Origin: Octopus vulgaris
Taxonomy: Eukaryota
DNA: 64,000 bases
Assembly: GCA_951406725.2 (NCBI GenBank)
Contig: OX597815.1
Location: 137,640,001 to 137,704,000, forward strand
Reading direction: 5' to 3'
A program made the position numbers and the translations under genes. Each line of letters opens with the position of its first letter. Position 1 is the stretch's first letter. A model generated the notes under the pieces. The model was given only the letters and a program-made list of their open reading frames with translations, searched no databases and was not told the DNA's origin. Shown in pieces: positions 20,790 through 36,864 of the stretch.

Positions 20790-23700
20790 CTACCCGGCAC
20801 TAGACGCACTACCATAGGCCAAAGCACGCATCCCACAATAACATCAACACCACCAAATAGTAAATCGAAATTCAAAACACACACAACTCGGAGTCCCAAA
20901 ATCTGCCGGTATTCCCAACGTGAGAGAACATGTCTGCTGAGTGACTGTCCCTTCACTCATCTTCCAGGGACCCGACGCACAAACAGAAACGGGGCTTCAA
21001 GCCAACACACAAACCTGAATAAAAATAAAAATAGAAACACACCATGCTGCAGTAATGCTGGTCCAGTCTTTTCAGGAAGACACAAAAACAACAACAACAA
21101 AAGTGGAAACTACAACCCTATCCAACAGTGCAACCACACCTCCAGCCAAAAACTGCTCCCTAAGCAGGAAAATTCTTTTTAGCCATGTTGAACATGGCAA
21201 AAGAGATACACAAAAACATTCTAACCATCACTCAACACCATCCTATGCTATTACCCCAGTGCACCAATTCCCCACATTGCTGCCACTAACACACACAAAA
21301 AATCCAAGCCCCCTGCAACAGTCAAAACCAGCCACTACACTAACCTCCACATTCCTACTCAATGCACAAGGTGTCAGCCCTTCCATCAATGCACAAAAAT
21401 GGAAGGTCCAATTCATTGAAGACTGGGTTGGTAACCATTCACACCACATCCCTTTCTTCATTCTCACCGAGACCCACCTTGACAACTCCCACTTGGAAGC
21501 CGAAGTGAGAGTGAAGAATTTCACAACCATCCGTGCGGATCGTATCGGCAGGAGGAAGGGTGGAACTGCCATTTTCCTGCATGATTCAATTACGGCAGAT
21601 GGAAATAGTATATTCTCCAACGGCTACTGTGAATCAGTCACCGTGCACAACAAAGCCAATGACCTGACAGTAATTGGGCTCTATAGGCCGCCCCAAACAC
21701 CCATACTGTGCTTTAAAGAATGCCTCAACAGCATTAAGTGCTTTATTCAACAGTGCCATTCTAGCAACATACTCATGATGGGAGACTTCAATCTACCCTG
21801 TGTTGACTGGACTACAAACTGTTTGAAACCAAGCACTCCTGCCTCAACCGCTGACAAAGAAGCAGCAGAGTCACTTTTCGACTTTACGAATGAGTTTTTC
21901 TTGTCCCAACTTGTCCTTGCACCAACAAGACATCAGAACATTTGGGACCTAGTGTTTAGTAACCACACTAACACTATACATAACGTTACAGTGGAAAAAA
22001 CCCTTCTTTCAGACCATGACATGGTTCTCTGTAACATGAAATTCCACCAGCCGAAAGCTAATCCTAGTGACCTTCCTCCAGCCCACCCATTTGACAACAT
22101 GGATCTCCATAATGCCAACTGGGATGCAATCAGGAACGAGCTATCACATGTTGACTGGTCCTTTACACATACACACATCTCCACCAACCATAAAACATCT
22201 TGGCAGATCTTTGTAGATACCGTCACAGACATATGTGCAAAACACTCCCCACCAAGACCTGTGAACAAAAAGTGCAGAATCCCCCAAAATAGAAAAACCA
22301 TTATCAGAAAAATAAAAAGAACAAACAAAAAAATTAACAAACTAAAGTACTGCCAACAGCAACACACACATTCGACGGCTACCGCACTGCTTGAATCCAA
22401 AAAATATAACCTCCAACAATGCATGAAGACCCTCATCAATAACCAAAGATCAGCTGAGGAGAAGTGGGCCATTGAAAAAATCAAACTCAACCCCAAAGTG
22501 TTCTTTTCATTTGCGAGGAAACGCAGGGTCACTGTCTCCACTGTAGGCCCTCTAATTGACAAAACTGGCACTCTCCAAGATAATGCCAAATCCATGGCCG
22601 AGATACTGCAGAAACAATACTGCTCTGTTTTCAGCAATCCTGATATGGCCGATCTGGGCTGTATCAGTGATGTCAACCCCCAACACACTATATCGGACAT
22701 AACGTTTAGTGCCCCTGATGTCTTAGCGGCGATAAACGAAATAAAACACAATTCAGCAGTAGGCCCCGATAGGTTCCCTGCTTGTGTCCTGAAGGTGTGT
22801 CGACACCAACTTGCATCTCCCCTTGCTAATCTGTGGAGAAACTCACTGGATGCTGGCTATATTCCAAAAAACCTTCTGTCCCAGTCTGTTGTCCCAGTTT
22901 TCAAAAAGGGAAACAAGTCCCTTGCAATGAATTACCGTCCGATCTCACTCACCTCTCATATCATCAAGGTATTTGAGAGGGTGGTGAGATCTCGAATAAC
23001 CCAATTTCTGGAAAGCAACAGATGGCTGATCTCCAACCAACATGGGTTCCGTAATGGAAGGGACTGCCTAACGCAGCTCCTGCATCACTTTGAGGACATT
23101 TTGAGAGCTTTGGGAGAGGGCTCCAACACCGATGTCATCTACCTTGATTTCAGTAAGGCCTTCGACAGGGTCGATCACAAGATCCTATTGAAAAAACTAT
23201 CCAACATTGGTGTCTCTGGAAAGTTACTGAAATGGATCAAGTGTTTCCTGACAGACAGATCTCAACATGTTGTAGTTGAAGGGGTAAAATCAAGCCCAGC
23301 CAAAGTCAGTAGTGGCGTTCCGCAAGGCACTGTGCTGGGCCCACTTCTTTTCATCATTTACATTAATGACATTAATGACATCATCAAGCACAGCAACATA
23401 AAAATCTTTGCAGATGACTCCAAGCTACAGAAGGTCATAAATGAGGCGAGTGACCGGACATGCCTTCAGTCAGATCTACTGGCTGTTATCCAATGGGCAG
23501 AAAAAAACAATATGCTGCTGAACGAGGATAAATTTGAGCTAATCCACTTTGGAAAAGAGGATGCCCTGAAACTCCCATACTCCCTTCCTTCAGGTGAAAC
23601 TCTCGCGGCGTCCAACAACATCAGAGACCTGGGAGTAATTGTGGACAACAACATAAGCTGGGCCACTCATATAAACACCAAAGTTGACATGGCCCGCAGA

Positions 23701-24384
23701 ATGTGTTCCTGGATTCTCAGAACTTTCCAGTCGAGAGATATCCACACCATTATCCTTCTCTTCTCCACTTTTGCCCGACCCCACCTTGAATACTGTTGTC
23801 CACTGTGGTCTCCCCACAATACAAGGTATCATAAAAGTTGAAGCACCTCAAAGGGCAATCACAAAAAAGATAGATGGCATGACAGGCCTCGACTATTGGG
23901 GTCGACTAGAAAAGCTAAAACTCTATTCTCTCCAACGTCGTCGTGAGCGCTACATCATCTGCATGATGTGGAAAATATTCCATCAGCATTGCCCAAATGA
24001 TGTTGGCATCACCTTTAAGGTACATCCAAGGCTTGGGCCCCGTGCCATCCGCCCAAAACAAAAAATCGCACTCTCATCTCATAACAACAATACGGCACAA
24101 TTATTTCACCTGAATTGGCCCCGCTCTCTTTAACATTACACCAAAACACATTAAAACAGAAACTGACCCTATAGGGTTCAAGAAGTCTTTGGACAGATTC
24201 CTTCAAGAAATCCCGGATAAACCCCCTACACCCGGATATGTCTCTGTAAACAATAACTCTCTACTTGAGTGGGCCATAGTGCCTAAATTCTGACTTGAAA
24301 GACTTCACCAGGTGGTGCTATTAAGTTAGACATGGCCTGGGCCAATAATGGCTGAAACCTATCAAAGTATCAAAGTAAAGTATC
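20790..24384 (+). mobile_element. LINE family B copy B1 (distant sister of family A): ORF1 remnant with CCCH finger plus EN/RT ORF2
   Basis: [26 protein letters not shown] at 20901; ORF 21055-23841 with FLLNAQG, LTETHL, GDFN, SDHD, GVPQGTVLGP, FADD; 3' frameshifts; (ATCAAAGT)n-like tail. Confidence 0.95.
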
Positions 24385-24549
24385 ATACATACATACATAT
24401 ATACATACATACATATATATATATACATATATACATACATACATATATATATACATACATACATATATATACATACATACATACATATATATACATACAT
24501 ACATAAATATATATACATACATACATAAATATATATACATACATACATA

Positions 24550-24581
<32 letters not shown>

Positions 24582-24838
24582 CATATATATATATACATAC
24601 ATACATATATATATATACATACATACATATATATATACATACATACATATATATATACATACATACATATATATATACATACATACATATATATATACAT
24701 ACATATATATATACATACATACATATATATATACATACATACATACATATATACATACATACATACATATATATATATACATACATACATATATATATAT
24801 ACATACATACATATATATATATACATACATACATACAC

Positions 24839-24869
<31 letters not shown>

Positions 24870-25009
24870 CATACACATATATATACATACATACATACAC
24901 ATATATATATATACAAACATATATATATATATACATACATACATATATATATATACATACATACATATATATATATACATACATACATATATATATATAC
25001 ATACATACA

Positions 25010-25063
<54 letters not shown>

Positions 25064-25395
25064 GATACATACATATATATACATACATACATATATATAC
25101 ATACATACATATATATACATACATACATATATATATACATACATATATATATACATACATACATATATATATATACATACATACATATATATACATACAT
25201 ACATATATATATATACATACATATATATATATACATACATATATATATATACATACATACATATATATACATACATACATATATATACATACATACATAT
25301 ATATATGTATACATATATATATGCATACATATATATATGCATACATACATACATATATGTATATACATACATACATATATATATATATACATACA

Positions 25396-25426
<31 letters not shown>

Positions 25427-25892
25427 ACATACATACATACATATATATACACATACATACATATATATACATACATTCATACATACATATCAATACATAC
25501 ATACATATATATACATACATACATATATATATATACATACATACATATATACATACATACATATATATACATACATACATATATATATACATACATACAT
25601 ATATATATATACATACATACATATATATACATACATACATACATATATATATATATATACATACATATATATATATACATACATACATATATATATATAC
25701 ATACATACATATATATATATACATACATACATATATATACATACATACATACATATATATATATACATACATACATATATATGCATACATACATACATAT
25801 ATATACATACATACATACATATATATATATACATACATATATATATATACATACATACAAACATATATATATATATACATACATATATATAT

Positions 25893-25935
<43 letters not shown>

Positions 25936-26976
25936 CATACATATATATCTAAATCTAAATCGCATCACATAACGACAATACGGCACAACTATTTCACCTC
26001 AATTGGAGCCGCTCTCTTCAACATTACACTAGGACACGTCAAAAAAGAAACTGACCACACAAAATTCAAGAAGTCTTTGGACAAATTCCTTCAAACAGTC
26101 TCGGACAAACCACCCACACCCAGATATGTCTCCGCAAACAATAACTCTCTGCTCGAATGGGCCTTGGTGCCCAAATCCTGAATTGAAAGACTTCGCCAGG
26201 TGGTGCTATTAAGTTAGACATGGCCTGGGCCAATACTGGCCAAAACCTTTCTAAGTTATTCTAAGTTATATATACATACATACATACATATATATACATA
26301 CATACATATATATACATACATATACATATATATATACATACATATATATATACATACATATATACATACATACATATATATACATACATACATATATATA
26401 TATACATACATACATATATATATATACATACATACATATATATATATACATACATTACATATATATACATACATACATATACATACATACATATATATAT
26501 ATACATACATACATATATATATATACATACATACATATATATATATACATACATTACATATATATATATACATACATACATACATATATATATATACATA
26601 CATTACATATATATATATACATACATTACATATATATATATACATACATACATATATATATATACATACATACATACATATACATACATACATATATATA
26701 TATACATACATACATACATATATACATACATACATATATATATACATACATACATATATACATACATACATATATATATACATACATACATACATATATA
26801 TATACATACATACATACATATATATATACATACATATATATATACATACATACATATATATATATATACATACATACATATATATATACATACATACATA
26901 CATATACATACATACATACATATATATACATACATACATATATATACATACATACATACATACATACATACATACA

Positions 26977-27008
<32 letters not shown>

Positions 27009-27292
27009 CATACATACATATATACATACATACATACATACATATACATACATACATACATACATATACATACATATACATACATACATATATACATATA
27101 TATATACATACATATATACATATATATATATATACATACATATATACATATATATATACATACATATATACATATATATATACATACATACATATATATA
27201 TACATACATACATACATATATATACATACATACATACATATATATACATACATACATATATATACATACATACATATATATACATACATACA

Positions 27293-27324
<32 letters not shown>

Positions 27325-27410
27325 CATATATATATATACATACATACATATATATATATACATACATACATATATATATATACATACATATATATATACA
27401 TACATACATA

Positions 27411-27442
<32 letters not shown>

Positions 27443-27487
27443 CATATATATATACATATATACATATATATATACATATACATATAT

Positions 27488-27518
<31 letters not shown>

Positions 27519-27597
27519 CATATATATATACATACATATATATATATACATACATATATATATATACATACATACATATATATATACATATATATAC

Positions 27598-27628
<31 letters not shown>

Positions 27629-27891
27629 CATACATATATATATACATACATATATTATACATACATACATATATATATATACATACATACATACATATAT
27701 ATATATACATACATATATATATATACATACATACATATATATATATACATATATACATATATATATACATACATATATATATATACATACATATATATAT
27801 ATATACATACATATATATATATACATATACATATATATATATATACATACATATATATACATATATATATATATACATACATACATATATA

Positions 27892-27927
<36 letters not shown>

Positions 27928-28040
27928 CATACATACATACATATACATACATATATATATACATACATATATATTCATACATACATATATATACATACAT
28001 ACGTATACATACATACATATATATACATACATACGTATAC

Positions 28041-28073
<33 letters not shown>

Positions 28074-28153
28074 CATACATATATATATATACATATATAT
28101 ATATATACATATACATACATACATATACATACATATATACATACATACATATA

Positions 28154-28185
<32 letters not shown>

Positions 28186-28208
28186 CATACATATATATAC
28201 ATACATAC

Positions 28209-28239
<31 letters not shown>

Positions 28240-28340
28240 CATACATATATATATATATACATACATATATACATACATACATACATATATACATACATAT
28301 ATATATACATACATATATATATACATACATATATATATGC

Positions 28341-28402
<62 letters not shown>
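24385..28402. repeat. (TACA)n(TA)n arrays flanking copy B2
   Basis: Direct inspection. Confidence 0.97.
25949..26268 (+). mobile_element. LINE family B copy B2, 3' fragment
   Basis: [31 protein letters not shown] matches the B1 C-terminus; same 3' UTR; TTCTAAGTTA x2 tail. Confidence 0.92.
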
Positions 28403-28404
<2 letters not shown>

Positions 28405-29086
28405 TCTTAGAACCTTTAGAACAAAAGAACAAGAAACCATGATGGTCCTCTGGAGGACACTTGTCCTAAGCCACTTTGACCATTGCTCTCAGCTATGATC
28501 ACCATCCAGTGTCAAGTTGATCACAGAACTTGAGGCGATCCAACGTAGCTACACGAAGAAGATAGCCTCTGTGCAGAATATAAGCTACTGGGAAAGACTC
28601 AAGAGATTAAAACTCTATTCCTTAGAGCGTAGGCAAGAAAGATATGCCATAATATACATCTGGAAGATCCTGGAAGGACTTGTCCCAAACTTTGGCATCG
28701 ATAGCTACACAAATGCCAAAACTGGGCGCCACTGCGTGGTACCAAGGACTCCAAATTTGCCATCAAGATGTAGGACAAGATACTGTGATAGCCTGGGCTT
28801 CCGAGGCCCACGGCTCTTCAATATCCTCCCGAAGAACCTGAGGGACCTGCATGGTGTAGATGCAGATGTCTTTAAAGTAGGACTGGACCTCTTCCTGTCA
28901 GGTGTCCCGGATGAACCAACTTCACGGCAGGGGTGCAGATGAGGGCAGCTGCATCGAACTCTCTCACGCACCAAATAGCAGTTGCTAAAAAGCATTCGTG
29001 AAGTAACATCATGTAGCAACACCAAGTGGCGGTGCCCCAGCATGGCCACAGCTCGTGAGCTGAAACTAGATAAAATAAAAAATAAA

Positions 29087-29088
<2 letters not shown>
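28403..29088 (+). mobile_element. LINE family A copy A5, 3' fragment
   Basis: ILRTFRT..ELEAIQRSYTKKI..GVPDEPT; family 3' UTR; (ATAAA)n tail. Confidence 0.95.
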
Positions 29089-29119
<31 letters not shown>

Positions 29120-29184
29120 CATACATATATATATACATACATATATATATACATACATATATATATACATACATATATACATAC

Positions 29185-29221
<37 letters not shown>

Positions 29222-29321
29222 CATACATATATACATACATATATATATACATACATATATATATATACATACATATATATATATATACATATATATATAC
29301 ATACATATATATATACATACA

Positions 29322-29357
<36 letters not shown>

Positions 29358-29438
29358 CATACATATATATATACATACATATATATATACATACATATAT
29401 ATATACATACATATATATATACATACATATATATATAC

Positions 29439-29471
<33 letters not shown>

Positions 29472-30093
29472 CATACATATATATATACATACATATATAT
29501 ATACATACATATATATATACATACATATATATATACATACATATATATATACATATATATATATACATACATATATATATACATACATATATATATACAT
29601 ACATATATACATACATATATATATACATATATATATACATATATATATACATACATACATATATACATACATACATATATATATACATATATATATACAT
29701 ACATATATACATACATACATATATACATACATACATATATACATACATACATATATATATACATATATATATACATACATATATATATATACATATATAT
29801 ATATACATATATATACATATATATATATACATATATATATATACATATATATATATACATATATATATACATATATATACTATACATATATATATACATA
29901 TATATACATACATATATATATATACATATATATACATATATATATATATATACATACATATACATACATATATATATACATATATATATACATATATATA
30001 CATACATATATACATATATATACATACATATATATATACATATATATACATACATACATATATACATATATATACATACATATATATACACAC

Positions 30094-30128
<35 letters not shown>

Positions 30129-30413
30129 CACACATATATACATATATATATACACACATATATACATACATATATACACATATATATACACATATATATA
30201 TACACATATATATACATACATATATACATATATATATACACATACATATATACATACATATATATATACACATACATATATACATACATATATATATACA
30301 TACATATATACATACATACATATATACATATACATACATATATACATACATATATACATATATACATACATATACATACATATATATATATACATATACA
30401 TACATATATATAT

Positions 30414-30452
<39 letters not shown>

Positions 30453-30592
30453 CATATATACATATATACATACACATACATATATATATATATATATACA
30501 TACATATATATACATACACATACATATATATATATATACATACACATAATATATATATATATACATACACATACATATATATATATATACAT

Positions 30593-30623
<31 letters not shown>

Positions 30624-30682
30624 CATACATATATATATATATACACATACATATATATATACACATATATATATATATACAC

Positions 30683-30733
<51 letters not shown>

Positions 30734-30862
30734 CACATATATATATACATATATATATATATATACACACATATATATATACATACACATATATATATAT
30801 ACATACATATATACATACATACACATATATATATATACATACATATATACATACATACACTC

Positions 30863-30900
<38 letters not shown>

Positions 30901-31182
30901 CATACATATATACATACATACACACATATATATATACATACATATATACATACATACATATATACATACATATACATACATATACATACATATATACACA
31001 CACACACATATATACATATATACACACACACACACATATATAAATCTACGTATATATGTATATACATATATGAATACATATATACATATACACACATGTA
31101 CATATATATGTATATACATATATGCATATATATATATGTGTGTGTATACATACACATACATATATATATATATATAATGTAT

Positions 31183-31213
<31 letters not shown>

Positions 31214-31215
31214 CT
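29089..31215. repeat. (TA)n(TACA)/(CA)n array
   Basis: Direct inspection. Confidence 0.97.
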
Positions 31216-32644
31216 TATAAATAACATATAAATAATTTCAGTACAAGATGGATTGAACACGCTTTATTACAAATCACTACAACTGTTTAAACACACCATT
31301 GTTATTAGTTGTTAATTGCCGAATGTTACATAAATTATATGTACTTTTGTATTAATGATTCAACAGTAGCTGCACACACATTCTTGGGTGAGGAGAGTTA
31401 AAGTACTGCTTTATCATCTTATTTTTTCCATGTTTTATACCCACCACAAATACTAATTTTAGAATTCCTCTGACAGAGAGGTACAAGAAATTACCAAGCG
31501 ATATAAATGAGACAGAATACAACAAAAACAAATTACAGGAGTTAAAAAATAAAGAATCTTCGATGTTTAACCTCAGACTTGTTTAGAATTTGGCTGATTA
31601 ATTTCAATATATGGGGATCAGCTATAAGGCACATGTACTGTTCACATTCTGAGAAACTGAATATGTATATCCACATATTCAGCCCATAAATATAATATAC
31701 ACTTGTAAAACTGGTGTGATGGGTTGGATCACTTCATGTCAATAAACAGCGATTGATAAAATAAGTACTAAACTGAAATAAATACTGGTGCCAATATAAA
31801 ACCTTTGAAGGTGCTGTCTCAGTATGAATGCAAACAATGACTAAAACTTTAAAAAAATATATATTATATGTATTGTGTGCATGCATCTGTATGTATGCAT
31901 GTGTGTGTGTGTGTGTGTGTGACTGTGCGTGCGCACGCATGCACATGCCTTCAGAGAATGGGGGTTTAATAATGTTGTCTCCTTCAAATTCATAAAGAAC
32001 ACTGCACATATCAAGAAAACAATATTCTATCTGGCCCTTTCTTATCTTGAACAACACAAAATTATAACCCTCAAAGTTGCTACAAATACTAGGCTCAGTG
32101 ATCACTAATCTTTCAGATCTATAATACACCAAAAACTATATCCCCAAAGACTAACCTTTCCATTCAAGAAGAGAAATGGTTTCACTAGGATGCTACAAGA
32201 TTTCAATATATCAAATTGCACTGAACTGACAACCTAAAGCTATAGCAAAAGACATTTGTCTAAAATTCAATGTAGAGACATCAAATCTAAAACTATATAG
32301 TTATAAAGAATTTGTATTCATACAGACATGTTTGCACTTTTTTTCCTACTACTACAGCTCTGCCCCTCTAGGCAGACTACCTCCACTCAAACCTATCTTA
32401 CACACCCTTCACTCTTTTTCTTCATTTCCTCCATCTAAGTATCACCCTCCCCACACTATAAAATTTTCCCAAATCTTTCTCCAATAACATTAATCTTGTG
32501 AAATCTCCTCTCCACTGACATTTTTCTTGTTTTAGCTGAATGTCAATTTCATCAATCTCATTAGTTTTGGAGGGAGCTACAAAGGTCAAGGGTACCGCTC
32601 CATCCTTCTGACTGACATCATATATATATATATGGGTTTTATAG

Positions 32645-32698
32645 CATCATCATCATCATCATTTAATTTCTTCCTTCCATGCTAGCATGGGTAGGACA
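32645..32698 (-). mobile_element. RTE 3'-terminal remnant
   Basis: (CAT)n followed by CCATGCTAGCATGGGT, as at other RTE ends. Confidence 0.6.
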
Positions 32699-33074
32699 CT
32701 AGGGGCAACTATACTTATTGCAAACTCTGGTCATTCACTTCATAAAATAATTTTTTTCACAAACAATATTTAACTACATTCAACTATTTTAAGTGTATAA
32801 ATCATTTAAGAAATTATTTTATGTACTATATATATGCTACTGAAAGTGTATAAAAATTTCTTCATAAAGAAATTCTCATATCAAATCATAAAAGAAAGCA
32901 TTAAAATAAAAAGAAAAAAAAAAGGAAAAGTTGTGAAGATGATATATTTATAGACACAAGAAAACCTGTATGAAAGAAAGAAAAATAGGCAAATCTTAAA
33001 CTGGATTAATCCTTCATTCAAGCAAATTTATCAAAGATTATTAAATTTTGTATATGCACTCTTTGCATTTTTAC

Positions 33075-33467
33075 CATGATTGGTGTCCAAATTGGTATCA
33101 GAATCAATGTCAGCTTCGGTATCTGAATTGCAATTGTAGTCAGGTTCCAGCTCTTTAACTAAATCTCTCTGCTTATTTTTACAAAGTATTTCAAAGAAAT
33201 CCTTATGCCACATATCTTTTTTAGAAGGAATTATTTCCAAGAGACATTGGGCAGCAGTTATATCTCCTTTGTTTTCACGTTTCGCATCAACATCATCTTT
33301 GTCTCTTTTATTAATAACTTTAGCAGCTAAGAGCTTATCCAAAATTTCTAAAGTCTTTATTTTTTCAGTCAGCATTTTATGATGTGCAACTATTAATTGT
33401 TTATATACATTGTTAACTTCATCATGACATTTTCTACCATCAATCTTCAAACAAAGTTGTTCATAAC
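33075..33467 (-). CDS. Host exon: end of CARD1 plus MDA5/RIG-I CARD2-like domain and acidic linker
   Basis: Acceptor ctactttcag|GT, donor CATG|gtaaaa; 393 nt, phase 1-1; YKQLIVAHHKMLTEKIKTLEILDKLL..ENKGDITAAQCLLE..WHKDFFEILCKNKQRDLVKEL resembles RLR CARD2. Confidence 0.82.
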
Positions 33468-35409
33468 CTGAAAGTAGCAAGGGAAGTCATGTCTCAGTGA
33501 AATAACCAATCAGATATTCCTGTCAATATATGTTTACTGGTATACAAATGGTATCACAAATAATACTAAATTACAATTCAATTTGTTCTAAAAATTTAAT
33601 TTCATTTTCAAATTGAATACATGACCTTTTTTTTTCATATAGCATCTTACAGATACTGCACTTACCATCTATCAAATTTAAAAAAAGGAGAAAAGGTTAA
33701 ATGTAAAAATGTTAATTTATACTACCATATTATCATCCTATTATATTTTAGAGTTGTATTTGCCTTACAAATAACTTTATCCAAGGCCATGTATAGTAAC
33801 AGAAGAAATTACATTGTAGAAGAGCTATTTAGCCATTTAAGAACAACCTATAGGTCTAGTTTTCTCTTTTGACCACAGTCAGCATTAGTCACTTTTAAAT
33901 TCAATCATTCTGTTTTTCCCTCTTCATCTACATTGTAAATTTATAATATATATTTCATTATTACCAGTCCTATTTTTTTTTTAACACATGCAGTGGAATT
34001 CTAAGTAACCTGACTGCAAAAGTACAAAAGAAACAGTTTATGTTAGTTCTTCAATAGCTAAAATAGATTTTCCACAGTGTAATCGTTGTTCGATTGTAAA
34101 CTATACTTATCATAAAGGAAACTTGTTTCAAAGAGTAGTCTTTCCAGACTCTGTACCATCATATTTCATTACATCAAAGCATACTAACAGGCCAGTGATT
34201 TATTAATTCAAACTAAGACTGGAAAATTGGGACGTACTAATATTGAAATAAAAAGTGAAATAATTTTAACCTATAAAGAGGAAAATAAGTCTTAACATTT
34301 CAAGCAATTGTCTTCTTTCAGAGTGTAAAGGGTGCAAATATGCAAATATTAATCATAATAATACTAAAACTCTAGATGTTTGTTTGTTCCCAATATATCT
34401 CCGAAATAGTATATTTTATCTTAATTTCTTTTACATATATATTTTCATACTTACTTTATGCAGTGTAGTATGAGGTTTCATGATATTTGGACCTCTATTT
34501 ATTAATGAAAACGATTAAACACAATCTTTATTTGTTATTTCTTCATGAAAAAACATGGCTTCTTTGACATCAACACATATACACACATACAGAATACAGA
34601 CATATAATGAATGTCATGGCTTGTGAATCAACACAAACATGCTTTCTACACACAGTCTTCACACTCTATCACTCCCTAAGAAAAAAAAACATTGACTTTT
34701 TGACGTACACACACTCTCACATAGAGAAACATCTTTTTAGTGGAGATTACTTATCATCTCATCATTTCAGGTTTTATTCTATTTCATTCATTTGACATTT
34801 GTAATCTCTTTGTTGCTCTCTATAAAAGCTTATTGCTCACTCTGTGGATTTGTCAGTGTATGGGCATGTGCCTAAGGAATTTCATTAAGGCAATGGAGTG
34901 ATTTAAAAAAGGTATGCAAAATATTTATTTAAATAGCTTACTTTTCTGTTACTAAATGCTTTTGCATACACATGCGCAAACTCACTTAATATGGGGTGGG
35001 GCTAAAGATTTAAAGGTGTCTCCTTTGTTTTTAAGTGCATAGTGCAAAAAAAAAAAGCAGACAAAATCGGTTCAGATGGTGGGAAAGAGGCAAATCATAA
35101 GTTTCCAAAATTTTTTATCATTAAAAAGCTCTAATAATAATAATAATAATAATAATAAATCCTTTTATTGGCCACAAGGGCTGACAAAAATTAATTATAA
35201 CAAAAAAGGGACAAAACAGGAAATGATAATTATAGCAGCGATGCCAATAATGATAACGACAATATTAATAATAATGGTAACGCCTGCGTTGATATCGATA
35301 CTAGAAATGACAGTAATAATAGCAGCAACATTACGATCGATTCACCTAATATCACCCGAGTCACTACCAGAACTACCTCATCTCTCCCTCCAATTAACCA
35401 CTGAGGAAC

Positions 35410-36860
35410 CAATAACTGCAACTGCAGATCCCGGACAGATTGCTCGCTGCAAGCCCAATGCAGAAAATTCAATGTCATATACCAATGCACTGTTCACAAC
35501 ATGGCAAATAATTCTGTAGCTACTACTTTGATTCTAACACCAATTTTAAACAAAGGTATTATGCACATTTGAACTTGTTTAAATATAAAGAGAATAGTAA
35601 TTCCACATTACTAGCCAGCCACATACACCATCTAATTAAAAGAAAAATACATTATAAACTTTCCTGGGCTATAATAGACTCAAGTACCCCATATCAGAGT
35701 CAACACTCTAGTTGCAGACTTTGTTTAAAAGAAGCTCTCAAAATTCTAACCCTCAACTTACCATAATTGCTTAAATAAGTATGAGTCCTTCAATATGTGA
35801 AAGCACAAATTCTTCTGCACTTTTAAATTCTTTCATAAATATAAATGTAAGCTCGCCTCCCTACAAACAGTACCCACATACATACCCCTATGATCATTAA
35901 CGCATACCCCTTCTATATCTCTATAACTCTTATTTCTATCTTATGTCTTATCTCATCACACTATAAGATAAATGTTAATTCTTTCATTTATCCTCAATTT
36001 ATTTTAAACCTTAACCCCCAAAATCCCCTAATATAAACCCCTAGCTCGTAAATAATTTAATATTCAACTAGCCTTTCCTTTCTTGACCACCTACACACAC
36101 ACAGCCCCATTGTTAAAAAGTAATTCTATAGCCACTGACCTTAGCTGGGACAGACACTAGCAATTACTACCAAACGTCCTCCCCAACAATTTTAGACTTT
36201 GAAACTGCCAGACATCTACTACTCTCTTTAAATTCCTTTCATTTCGCTATACTTTTTTAATCTATTTTTTTACCCTATCTTCCTCTACTTCCTCATTCTC
36301 ACTCTTATCTTTTCAGCTACCCCATACATAATTCTTACACAACATACACATATATACATTACTTTATCATATAGCCAATCCTTAAAATTCCCCCTACCTC
36401 ACTCTATTCACCCTTCTTGCTATTTCTTTTCTTTTCTATACTTTTACCAATTACCAGCCACCTCTGCTAACATTCTGTTATTGAACATTGATATGTTTGT
36501 ATCTTTTTCTTGGGACGTCTATTATATAAGGACTTCAACCCACACGGATATATGCAGGATTATACCTAAGGACTCATGTGTGGTTTCTTCGCAAAGTTGA
36601 ACAATGAACTTTTATGCCTCTTTCTTCTTCTCTCTTTCCATCTCCTTATTCTTTAACTCCTTCCTCTATGTTATCATCTTATTGATATATACCATTCTCA
36701 TTTTCCATATTTTTTCCCCCAACTTGTCTCTGATGACGGAATATCCCATACTCGAGGATATCCTAGAATCAGCTGTAAGATGTTGAATTTATTCCTGTAA
36801 TAATATTGTATATGACTTGAGATGTTTGCCTTGCCTTAATGTTTGACATCCTGTTTAACA
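35410..36860 (+). mobile_element. Penelope-like element remnant: GIY-YIG endonuclease, pyrimidine-rich 3' UTR and degenerate hammerhead
   Basis: CNCRSRTDCSLQAQCRKFNVIYQCTV, NFKQRYYAH, STLLASHIHHL..LSWAII..PY..CRLCLKE motifs typical of PLE endonucleases. Confidence 0.8.
36726..36781 (+). ncRNA. Degenerate type I hammerhead ribozyme (PLE terminus)
   Basis: GTCT-CTGATGA-CGGAATATCC..GGATATCCTA-GAATC-AGCT-GTA-AGAT; the GAAA core is mutated to GAAT. Confidence 0.65.
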
Positions 36861-36864
36861 ATTA

